Below, one piece after another: positions 43,479 to 51,819 of a stretch of DNA of 64,000 nucleotides. Location: positions 15,653 to 79,652 of the forward strand of contig JBMORA010000046.1 in assembly GCA_049320885.1 (NCBI GenBank), written 5' to 3'. The notes below the pieces were generated by a model. That model was given only the letters and a program-made list of their open reading frames with translations. It did not search any database and had not been told where the DNA came from. Position 1 is the stretch's first letter. Every line of letters starts with the position of its first letter. The DNA is from Thermodesulfobacteriota bacterium. Lineage in GTDB: Bacteria > Desulfobacterota > Desulfobacteria > Desulfobacterales > SURF-7. Position numbers and translations under genes: made by a program.

Positions 43479-43498
43479 TGTTAACATTATTGTTAACA
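43479..43498. promoter_or_regulatory. Candidate upstream activator sites (two TGTTAACA palindromes)
   Basis: TGTTAACA-TTAT-TGTTAACA about 100 bp upstream of the sigma54 site. Confidence 0.5.
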
Positions 43499-43583
43499 TA
43501 CCAGTAACACAGGCAACACATGAAATCAAGACGGAAGATAATTATTCATAATATTCCAAATGCTTAATAAAATTTTTCCTGTC

Positions 43584-43599
43584 TGGCACCCGGTTTGCT
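43584..43599 (+). promoter_or_regulatory. Sigma54 promoter
   Basis: TGGCAC-CCGGT-TTGCT matches the consensus. Confidence 0.88.
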
Positions 43600-43677
43600 A
43601 ATTTGCCCCGCAAGAACGACCGAAACAACGAAGTCGGATTCATCAACCATATAACTAATCGATTCAAGGAGGCTTTT

Positions 43678-45315
43678 ATGAAGCGCACCATCGCGCGGCC
43701 CACCATGTTGCTGACGGTCCTCGGCATGCTGCTGCTGCCCATGCTGATCCCTTCCGCAGGATCGGCCGGGGAAGAAACGGAAACCCTCAAAAAGGAAATA
43801 GAGGCATTGAAGGAGGAACTGGCGGACATGGATGACCGTCTGAACCAGACGGAGCTCCACACAGCCACGGACAAAATTTCCTTGGGTCTGGAACTGAGAA
43901 GCCGTTATGACTACATTCGCTACAATGATGTCTATACCGCGCCGATGATGCTGCGACAGGGTTTTTTCACCCCCGTGGCCCTGGGGGGAATGAACGGCGC
44001 GACCCTGGCCCAGATCCGGCAGGGCATGGCCATGGCCGGCGGAATGAAGCCGGATGAATATACGGCCGAAAACGACGCCATTTTCACCAACCGGTTGCGT
44101 CTCAATATGGATGCCAAGCTGAATTCCAGCCTCTCTTTCAGCGGCCGCCTGGCCATGTACAAAGTCTACGGCGACAGCAGCGGCGTCAAATTCATGTCCG
44201 GCAACTTGAACGACGTGGCCCTGGACGGCAACACGGCAAGCCTGCCCCAGGGGGATGCCCTGCATGTGGAGCGCGCCTACTTCAACTACAAGAACGACCT
44301 GGGCTCCGTACCCATCAATCTCTCCCTGGGAAGACGGCCGGCCACCGACGGGCCGCCCCTGGAATACGGCAATTACAGTCCGGAAGGCGGCTCCCCCCTG
44401 GGAACCATCATCAACTGGCAGTTTGACGGCGCCTCCTTCAATTTCGGGCTGGAAGACGCCTCCGGCATATCCGGCGCCGCCTTCAAGCTCTGTTATGGCG
44501 TCGGGTTTGAAAGCGATTGGGGCAACAGTTATTCCCTCAACGGCAGCTCTTATGTGGATGATGCCACCTTCGGTGGATTCATCGCCACGTTTTACGACGA
44601 CGAGGTCACCAGCATGGTGCTGAATTACGCCCATGCCTGGGACATCACCGACGGCTTCACCGGCACCGTGGTCATGCCGTTTATTCCGACGAAGAATCCG
44701 GATGGAACCTACACCTTCGCCCCCAATACGGGCGGCTATATCAGCCGCATGGAAGCCGCCACCAATATCGGCGATTTTGACCTGGCCTCCCTGCTGTTCC
44801 GCACCAACTTCGCGGAACGGTTCGCGGACATTGATTTCTTCCTGGCGCCTTCCTGGAGCCATACCCGGCCTTCGGAAATCTCCCGCAATGCCTATTACGA
44901 AATGATGGGCCAAGGCCTGGTCAGCACGGCCGATGCAACCGGCGCGCTGAGCTCTGAAAACGGTTACAGCGTATATACCGGCGTCCTTCTGCCCATGCCC
45001 ATGGATGCCCGGCTCGGACTGGAATACAACTGGGGATCGCAATACTGGTTCAACATGACCGGCGCGGAAGACTCCCTGGTGGGCAGCAAACTGTCCGCTC
45101 GCGGGCAGGTGTACGAGGCCTATTATATTCAACCGGTTTTCAAGGACAATTTCTTCCTGAAACTCGGCGGCCGTTACTATGATTACGAATATACCGGCAG
45201 CGGCAATCCCCTGGGCGAGCCCGTCAAAATCAGCGAGCTGAAGGCCACGGATGCTTTCTTCCCGGTGGTCGACACGGTATGGAATGTCTATCTGTCCGCC
45301 ACCATCCGGCTGTAG
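43678..45315 (+). CDS. DUF3373-type outer-membrane beta-barrel (porin-like)
   Basis: Signal peptide, coiled coil, TNRLRL, HVERAYF, GRRPATDGPP and a terminal beta strand; AAGGAGG RBS. Confidence 0.8.
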   Translation: MKRTIARPTMLLTVLGMLLLPMLIPSAGSAGEETETLKKEIEALKEELADMDDRLNQTELHTATDKISLGLELRSRYDYIRYNDVYTAPMMLRQGFFTPVALGGMNGATLAQIRQGMAMAGGMKPDEYTAENDAIFTNRLRLNMDAKLNSSLSFSGRLAMYKVYGDSSGVKFMSGNLNDVALDGNTASLPQGDALHVERAYFNYKNDLGSVPINLSLGRRPATDGPPLEYGNYSPEGGSPLGTIINWQFDGASFNFGLEDASGISGAAFKLCYGVGFESDWGNSYSLNGSSYVDDATFGGFIATFYDDEVTSMVLNYAHAWDITDGFTGTVVMPFIPTKNPDGTYTFAPNTGGYISRMEAATNIGDFDLASLLFRTNFAERFADIDFFLAPSWSHTRPSEISRNAYYEMMGQGLVSTADATGALSSENGYSVYTGVLLPMPMDARLGLEYNWGSQYWFNMTGAEDSLVGSKLSARGQVYEAYYIQPVFKDNFFLKLGGRYYDYEYTGSGNPLGEPVKISELKATDAFFPVVDTVWNVYLSATIRL

Positions 45316-45326
45316 TGGAGGAATCC

Positions 45327-45662
45327 ATGGATCTGGAGCAACTCAAAGCCGACAAGGTGATGGACACGCGGGGACTTTCGCCCCCCATGCCGCTGGTAAA
45401 AAGCAGGAAGGCGCTGAGCCGGATGAAAACCGGGAAAATCCTTGAAATCTGGTGCACGGATCCGGAGGCGCAACAGGAAATCCCGAGCCTGCATGGCGAA
45501 TGCGGCGGCGCCTACCTGGGCTGCGTGACGGATCCCGAAGGATACACCCGCTTTTTCATCCAAAAGGGTCCCGCAGGATATACCGGCCTAGCAAATTTTC
45601 AAAGCCCTGCGGCGCCGGCCGGGACGGCGGGAACGGGGCGCGATAATGACAATGCCCGTTGA
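45327..45662 (+). CDS. TusA/SirA-like protein lacking the CPxP cysteine
   Basis: DTRGLSPPMPLV..ILEIWCTDP..YTRFFIQK fits the TusA pattern; GGAGG RBS. Confidence 0.75.
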   Translation: MDLEQLKADKVMDTRGLSPPMPLVKSRKALSRMKTGKILEIWCTDPEAQQEIPSLHGECGGAYLGCVTDPEGYTRFFIQKGPAGYTGLANFQSPAAPAGTAGTGRDNDNAR

Positions 45663-45702
45663 TTTAATCATAACAAAATGATATGAAAGGAAAAGGTAAC
45701 AA

Positions 45703-46048
45703 CATGACGAAAAAAATCCTGGTTACGATTCTGAGCGGTTGGCTGGCGGTGGCCTTCATCGGTACGGCGATCGCCGCCGAGGGCGGCAACGAACGCAAAG
45801 GCAAATACACCTATCGCAAGGTTTATAAAGCCTGTTTTGAAAGAGGCGCCGTGGAATCGGAAAAACCGCCCATCAGCCCGGACGCCAAAACCCAGGCCCA
45901 GTGGGATCGCGTTTTCAAGAAGAAAAATTTCGAGGAATTCGGCTGCGCGGATGAATGGAACAAACTTTCCGAGGCGGAATTGCAGGACATCCAGGCTTAT
46001 CTGCATGCCCATGCAGCCGACTCTCCTTCACCGGCAAAGTGCAAATAA
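45703..46048 (+). CDS. Exported small cytochrome-c-like protein with no CxxCH
   Basis: Signal peptide; GNERKGKY..ISPDAKTQAQW..HAADSPSPAKC resembles the small cytochromes of such operons. Confidence 0.6.
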
Positions 46049-46081
46049 TCCAAAACCCATTGCCCAATTCGGAGACTTTCC

Positions 46082-47722
46082 ATGAAGTCAAGACGGTTGA
46101 TTCGCGGCTGGCTGAAAACCCTGCCGCCCCTGGGACTCCTGATCCTTTGCCTGTCTTCCCCGGCGCTCCCGGCCGAAACGGCGGACAACGACGAGGCCCC
46201 CGGCCGCACCATGGCGCGACAGGCGGTTGGTGAAAAGCGGCACTGGAATACCACCGACCATACCCAGCATGCGGCCCTTGGCCGGGACTTCACCTCCGGG
46301 GAGGAGATAACCGCCGCCTGTCTTTCCTGCCACAATGAAGCGGACGATCAAATCCACCAGTCGATTCACTGGACCTGGAAAGCGGATCCATCGCCGGAAG
46401 GCGCTGAACACGGCAAGGCCGGTCTGTCCATCAACAACTACTGCATTTCCGCCAATCGCATGAAAGACAAGGGCTGCCTCCAATGCCACCCCGGCTGGAA
46501 CGGGAAGGGAGTGGAGGATGAAATCAACTGCCTGGTCTGCCACGGCCGGGAAAAGCTGAACTTCAATGAAGCCTTCGAGGATTACAAGTATTTCATCGAG
46601 GCCGGCGACGAGGAATCCCGACAAATGGCTGCGGATATCCAGCAGGATATCCACGCAGCCGTGGTTACCATCGGCATTCCGGAGAGGGAAAACTGCGGGT
46701 CCTGTCATTTTTACGGCGGCGGCGGCGATGGGGTGAAGCACGGGGATCTGGATTCCTCCTTGACCAAACCCCTTAAAACCCTGGATGTCCACATGGGAAC
46801 CGACGGTCAGAATTTCGACTGCGTGCGCTGCCACACCACCCGGCACCACAATATCGCCGGACGGGTGTACACGGCCCCGGCGTCCAAGGACCGCAAAAGC
46901 CTCATCGAAGACGACCTGGCCACCAAAATCACCTGCGAATCCTGTCACACGGCGACTCCCCACAAGACCAATTCAAAAGCCAACGATCACACCGACCGCG
47001 TGGCCTGCCAGAGCTGCCATATCCCCTATTTCGCCCGGGTGAATCCCACGAAAATGTCCTGGGACTGGTCCAAGGCCGGCGACCGGAAGGACGGCAAACC
47101 CTACACCGTAAAAGGTCCCCTGGGGAAAGAGACCTATCTGTCCATCAAGGGTGAAATGGTCTGGGAAAAGAACGTCAAACCGGAATATTTCTGGTACAAT
47201 GGTTCCATCCGCTCGGTGACGGCCAAGGATGTCATCGATCCGATCGCCACCATCGCCGTAAGTCAACCGGAAGGCGGACGCGGCGACGTCCATTCGCGGA
47301 TCTATCCCTTCAAGGTGCACCGCGGCAACCAACCCTACGACCAAGTGAACAAAACCCTGCTGGCGCCGATTGTTACGGGTCCCAACGGCTATTTCACCCT
47401 GATGGACTGGGAAAAGGCGTTCACCCTCGGAATGGAAGCCCTCGGCCTGCCTTATTCCGGTCAGTTCGATTTCGTCAAAACCACCTACGTCTTCCCCACC
47501 ACCCACATGGTGGCGCCCAAATCCAATGTCGTCAGCTGCAAGGAATGCCACCGGAGGACCGACAGCCGGCTGGTCAACCTGGCCGGATTTTACATGCCGG
47601 GCCGCGACCGGTATAAAGCAGTGGATCTCATCGGCTGGTTCGTCATCGCAGCTTCCATTGCAGGCGTCGCCCTTCACGGACTCGGGCGGGTTTTCGCCGG
47701 CGGCAAACGAAAGGAGGGTTGA
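46082..47722 (+). CDS. Octaheme c-type cytochrome, tetrathionate reductase (OTR) family, with C-terminal TM anchor
   Basis: Eight CxxCH motifs (CLSCH, CLQCH, CLVCH, CGSCH, CVRCH, CESCH, CQSCH, CKECH); HWTW, NNYC, GGGGDGVKHGDLD and HMVAPK. Confidence 0.92.
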   Translation: MKSRRLIRGWLKTLPPLGLLILCLSSPALPAETADNDEAPGRTMARQAVGEKRHWNTTDHTQHAALGRDFTSGEEITAACLSCHNEADDQIHQSIHWTWKADPSPEGAEHGKAGLSINNYCISANRMKDKGCLQCHPGWNGKGVEDEINCLVCHGREKLNFNEAFEDYKYFIEAGDEESRQMAADIQQDIHAAVVTIGIPERENCGSCHFYGGGGDGVKHGDLDSSLTKPLKTLDVHMGTDGQNFDCVRCHTTRHHNIAGRVYTAPASKDRKSLIEDDLATKITCESCHTATPHKTNSKANDHTDRVACQSCHIPYFARVNPTKMSWDWSKAGDRKDGKPYTVKGPLGKETYLSIKGEMVWEKNVKPEYFWYNGSIRSVTAKDVIDPIATIAVSQPEGGRGDVHSRIYPFKVHRGNQPYDQVNKTLLAPIVTGPNGYFTLMDWEKAFTLGMEALGLPYSGQFDFVKTTYVFPTTHMVAPKSNVVSCKECHRRTDSRLVNLAGFYMPGRDRYKAVDLIGWFVIAASIAGVALHGLGRVFAGGKRKEG

Positions 47723-47725
47723 AGC

Positions 47726-48385
47726 ATGTCCCATGTGAAGATGATCCCGACCTATCTCTACACCCGCTATGAGCGTTTCTGGCATTGGCTGCAGATGGTG
47801 CTCATCGTCCTGCTGCTCATCACCGGACTGGAAATCCACGGTCTCTATTCGTTTTTGGGTTTCCAGTCGGCCGTGAGCATTCATAACATCGCCGGCATCA
47901 CCTGGCTGGTGGCCTTTGCCTTTTTCGTTTTCTGGATTTTCACCACCGGTGAATGGAAGCAATACATCCCCACCACGCGCCGGATGCTGGATGTGATCCG
48001 CTACTATGCCTATGGCATTTTCCGGGGCGAGGCCCATCCGGTTCCCAAACGCAAGGACGCCAAGCACAATCCTCTCCAGAGACTGACCTATCTGTCCCTG
48101 GCGGCTGTCTTGCTCCCCCTGCAGATGGCCAGCGGATTCCTCTACTGGCAGTACAATTCCTGGGGAGCCTGGGGTCTTGGATTTCTGTCCCTGGATTGGA
48201 TCGCGGCGGTTCACACCATTCTGGCCATCGCCATTTTACAATTCCTGATCATCCATGTCTATATGACCACCACCGGCCATACCGTGACCGCCCATCTCAA
48301 GGCCATGATCACCGGCTGGGAGTCCATTGAGGAAGGCGTGGAAGTCGAGTCCTGGGAAAAAGCCAAGTCCAGGCAACGGATCTGA
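47726..48385 (+). CDS. Membrane cytochrome b (HyaC/FdnI-like) subunit
   Basis: ERFWHW, HN, HNPLQRLTY and HVYM; four TM helices. Confidence 0.9.
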   Translation: MSHVKMIPTYLYTRYERFWHWLQMVLIVLLLITGLEIHGLYSFLGFQSAVSIHNIAGITWLVAFAFFVFWIFTTGEWKQYIPTTRRMLDVIRYYAYGIFRGEAHPVPKRKDAKHNPLQRLTYLSLAAVLLPLQMASGFLYWQYNSWGAWGLGFLSLDWIAAVHTILAIAILQFLIIHVYMTTTGHTVTAHLKAMITGWESIEEGVEVESWEKAKSRQRI

Positions 48386-48408
48386 CCTCCCTTTGTTTTG
48401 TTTGCGAA

Positions 48409-48442
48409 TCCGTGCATTCCGCCTCAAAGCGGAATGCACGGA
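48409..48442. terminator. Perfect 14-bp hairpin after the cytochrome operon
   Basis: TCCGTGCATTCCGC-CTCAAA-GCGGAATGCACGGA; no strong U-tract. Confidence 0.55.
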
Positions 48443-48690
48443 ATATCCGCCATTTCTTCATTCCTTGCATCCATGATGTTGATCCTTTCTGCCCGGCGGC
48501 AGCTCAGACACCGTTCCTGTCATTCCTGTTCCTGTCATTCCAATTGACAAACCGGTCCCGCATCCTTTACAATTCATTGCAAACATCCCGGAAGATCCCA
48601 TCGTCGATCCAGAGTACACGAACGGCTGCACGCAGTAGTCATTCCCACTCCCCGGTACCACAGTAGGAACCGATGGAAAGGAGTTGATGC

Positions 48691-49824
48691 ATGGAAACGC
48701 ATTTCGCACCCGCCGAACGCCTGACAAAGGACGCGCTGCAACAGGAAATCGAACTGATCAGCAACAACCCTGTGGTGGACGAATTGCTGCATTCCGTGAG
48801 CGGGGTCTTGGCGGTGCTGAACGAGCATCGTCAGATTCTGGCGGTGAACGATCTGATGATGGAAATGCTGAGCATAGCCGACGGCAAAACCCTTCTGGGA
48901 CTTCGGCCAGGCGAAGCGGTTCACTGCGTCAACGCCCATAAAATGCCCGGGGGGTGCGGAACAAGCGAGGAATGCAGGACATGCGGGGCGGTTATCAGTA
49001 TTCTCGCCTGCCTTACGGCCGATAAGGTCGAGGAAAGTGTCTGCGTTATCAAGTCCTCTGACCGGGGAGAGGAAAACGACCATGTTTTCCGCGTGCGTTG
49101 CAGCCCTTTCCGGTCCGGCTCGAACCGCTTTTTATTCCTGTTCCTGCAGGATATCAGCCAGCATCAGCGCCTGTTGGCCCTGGAACGAATATTTTTCCAC
49201 GACATCAACAACATCGTCGCCGGCATCCTCAACGCCAGCGAGCTGATGGCCACGCTCACCGACAACGGGGATGAAGAGATCAACCGGTTGTCCCGGGTGC
49301 TGGAAAGACTCTCCAAACGTCTTACCAGTGAAATATCGACCCAGCGCTGTATCCGGCAATCCAAGGTGTCCGGCTACCAGCCGGTGTTCGACACCATTTC
49401 CGTCACGGCGGTGTTCAATGAAATCAAGGTCCTCTTTTCCAATCACCCGGCTGCCAGGAACCGGTCGCTGGTGTTGGAAACTCCCGATTTGGCGGCGATT
49501 ATGAAAACCGATGTCTCGCTGCTTCTCCGGGTGCTCGGCAACATGATCACCAATGCATTGGAGGAAACCCCGGAGGGCGATGAGGTCCGCATCTGGAGCC
49601 ATATCCAGGACAGCTCGATCATTTTTTATGTCTGGAACCGGAAACCGATACCCGCCGACATCGCCCACCGGATATTTCAGCGCAATTTCAGCACCAAGGC
49701 ACCAACGGGCAGGGGATTCGGCACCTATTCCATGAAACTCTTCGGTGAAGGCGCATTGGGGGGAAAAGTCGATTTCTCCTCCTCCCCGGAGGGAACGGTA
49801 TTTCAATTCCGGTTGCGGCTCTGA
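48691..49824 (+). CDS. Histidine kinase with Cys-rich PAS-like sensor
   Basis: FFHDINN, NMITNALE, FSTK and GRGFGTY; N-terminal C..GCG....CxxC. Confidence 0.88.
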   Translation: METHFAPAERLTKDALQQEIELISNNPVVDELLHSVSGVLAVLNEHRQILAVNDLMMEMLSIADGKTLLGLRPGEAVHCVNAHKMPGGCGTSEECRTCGAVISILACLTADKVEESVCVIKSSDRGEENDHVFRVRCSPFRSGSNRFLFLFLQDISQHQRLLALERIFFHDINNIVAGILNASELMATLTDNGDEEINRLSRVLERLSKRLTSEISTQRCIRQSKVSGYQPVFDTISVTAVFNEIKVLFSNHPAARNRSLVLETPDLAAIMKTDVSLLLRVLGNMITNALEETPEGDEVRIWSHIQDSSIIFYVWNRKPIPADIAHRIFQRNFSTKAPTGRGFGTYSMKLFGEGALGGKVDFSSSPEGTVFQFRLRL

Positions 49825-49843
49825 GCCTATCAGACCATGGCCA

Positions 49844-51535
49844 TTATTCTTCCGGTACATCCAGCGCCAGCTTCGCGGCGACGATCCGCTCCTTGCCGGC
49901 GCTCACAAACACCGGAACGGTAAGCTCGCGGTATTTGTCTTTCCGTAACCGGATGGAATAGGTGCCTTCCGCAAGCTGGCTGCTTTCCCCGGGTGTCGTT
50001 CCCATTTCCAGTTCGTTCAGGTACCAGGAAGCGCCCGCCGGATAGGACTCGACTGTCAGTTTTCCGCAAGCGGCCCGCAAGGGGAAAAACGCCTCGACAA
50101 AAACCGTCCCGGCCAGGTGGAACCGTTTACGCGCCGGGACGAAACAAGGTTTGCGCACCGCGATTTCATACGAACCCAAAGCGAGTTTTTCGAGCCGCAG
50201 GGGCGTCGAGCCCTGACATTTGCCGTCCAGAAATACTTCCGCTCCCGAGGGTATCGAGGATATCCGAATTTCCGCCCCGGTTCGGGAAGCATGGCTTTTT
50301 CGGGTTTGTACCGGATGATCTTTGTCTCCCGGTACGGGCGGCAGTTCGGTGCCGTTCCCGGAAAGCCGCTCCATCGCCCCTTCCGGCGATTGTTCCCATT
50401 CCTGGCTTTTCCACTGTTGGGGGCTTTCACCGGCAGCCATTGCCTGCAGCGGCAATGCTCCTTCGTCCTGCTTTTCCGCCATGGGTTTCACCGCCGTCAG
50501 CCAGCAGAGGAACATCAGGGCACCGAGGAGCATGGCGGCCTTCCCGGGCCAAGATGTCTTGCGGATTCCACGAATTTTTTTCTTACCGGATGCTGCCCCG
50601 ATGGCGGTCTTTTGCGGCAAAAGCCCCTGTGCAGGAACCCGATCGCTGGCTACCGCGGCGGTTACAGGAGAGACCGGCACGGCCAGCCTCCGTTGCGGCA
50701 ATGTTTTTTCGCCGGTAAGCAGGGACACGAATTCTCCGGCCGAAACCGGACGCCGGGACGGATCCTGGGCAAGTCCCACGGACAAGGCATGGTTCACAAA
50801 CGCCGGCATTTTCCGGATGGGCGTCACTAGGCCGCACAGGATTTGTTCACGAGCATCCGGGCCGTGAAAAGGCGGTTTACCGGAAAGCAATTCATAGGTA
50901 ATGGCCGCCAGGGCGTAAACATCGGTCCAGGCCCCCGGCTCCTGATCCCGGATCTGTTCCGGCGCGCGATAAGCGAGACGGGAATACCCCTCCTGATTCG
51001 GCCTGCGTCCGGTCAGGTCCTGCAATCTCCGCGCAATGCCGAAATCGGCGATTTTCACCTGCTGGTTGTTGCCGAAGAGGATATTGGCCGGTGAAAGCGC
51101 CCCATGAAACCCGGAGTTGGCTGCCCGGTGGGCATAATCGAGGGCCGCCGCCGTTTGCCGCAACATCATTAGATCGGTCTTTCCCGTCAGATGGCCACTG
51201 CTGGTCGCCATGAGATGGGAAAGATTTCCGCAGGGAACATACTCCATGGTTACAAATGCGATATCGTTCCAGGTTTCCATTTCATAAAATCGAACGATAT
51301 TCCTGTGCTGCAAACCCTTGGCGGTACAGGCCCCCAGCAGGATGATGTTCAGGGCGCCTGTTTTCTGCAATACATCGCGGGCGACGACTTTCAGGGCCGT
51401 TGCCCGGCCGGATGTCACATCCCGGGCCAGGTAAACGACGGACGCGGGTCCGCGCCCCAAAATGCAGACGATTTCGTACCGTTCGGCCAGACGAACGCCG
51501 GGGAAAATCTGGAATCCTTCCAGTTGATTCATCAT
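49844..51535 (-). CDS. Membrane Ser/Thr pseudokinase with two PEGA repeats
   Basis: ALK, DFG and APE are present, but the catalytic loop reads HGALSPAN; one TM helix; two PEGA repeats. Confidence 0.85.
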   Translation of the reverse strand: MMNQLEGFQIFPGVRLAERYEIVCILGRGPASVVYLARDVTSGRATALKVVARDVLQKTGALNIILLGACTAKGLQHRNIVRFYEMETWNDIAFVTMEYVPCGNLSHLMATSSGHLTGKTDLMMLRQTAAALDYAHRAANSGFHGALSPANILFGNNQQVKIADFGIARRLQDLTGRRPNQEGYSRLAYRAPEQIRDQEPGAWTDVYALAAITYELLSGKPPFHGPDAREQILCGLVTPIRKMPAFVNHALSVGLAQDPSRRPVSAGEFVSLLTGEKTLPQRRLAVPVSPVTAAVASDRVPAQGLLPQKTAIGAASGKKKIRGIRKTSWPGKAAMLLGALMFLCWLTAVKPMAEKQDEGALPLQAMAAGESPQQWKSQEWEQSPEGAMERLSGNGTELPPVPGDKDHPVQTRKSHASRTGAEIRISSIPSGAEVFLDGKCQGSTPLRLEKLALGSYEIAVRKPCFVPARKRFHLAGTVFVEAFFPLRAACGKLTVESYPAGASWYLNELEMGTTPGESSQLAEGTYSIRLRKDKYRELTVPVFVSAGKERIVAAKLALDVPEE

Positions 51536-51819
51536 CCTGTTTCTGAAGCGTTTCTATCCTTGTTTGCAGTGGCAGGGCCTTTTCGGCAAGCATGCGCCGA
51601 CCGGACGCGGTTGATTGCGCGGACATCTCATACGATGCAGCGATAAAAATGTAAAGCCTAAAAACGCCATCGCCACGAAAAAAACGGCGATTTTCTTCCG
51701 GACGGCTGCCGCGTTTCCTTTCTGGATCGTGGTGGACCCGGACGGTTGCCAGAAAGGCGATTGGCATGTATACTGATACCAGTTTTTTCAACCCTCAATG
51801 AACGGAAGGCGCATCGGAA

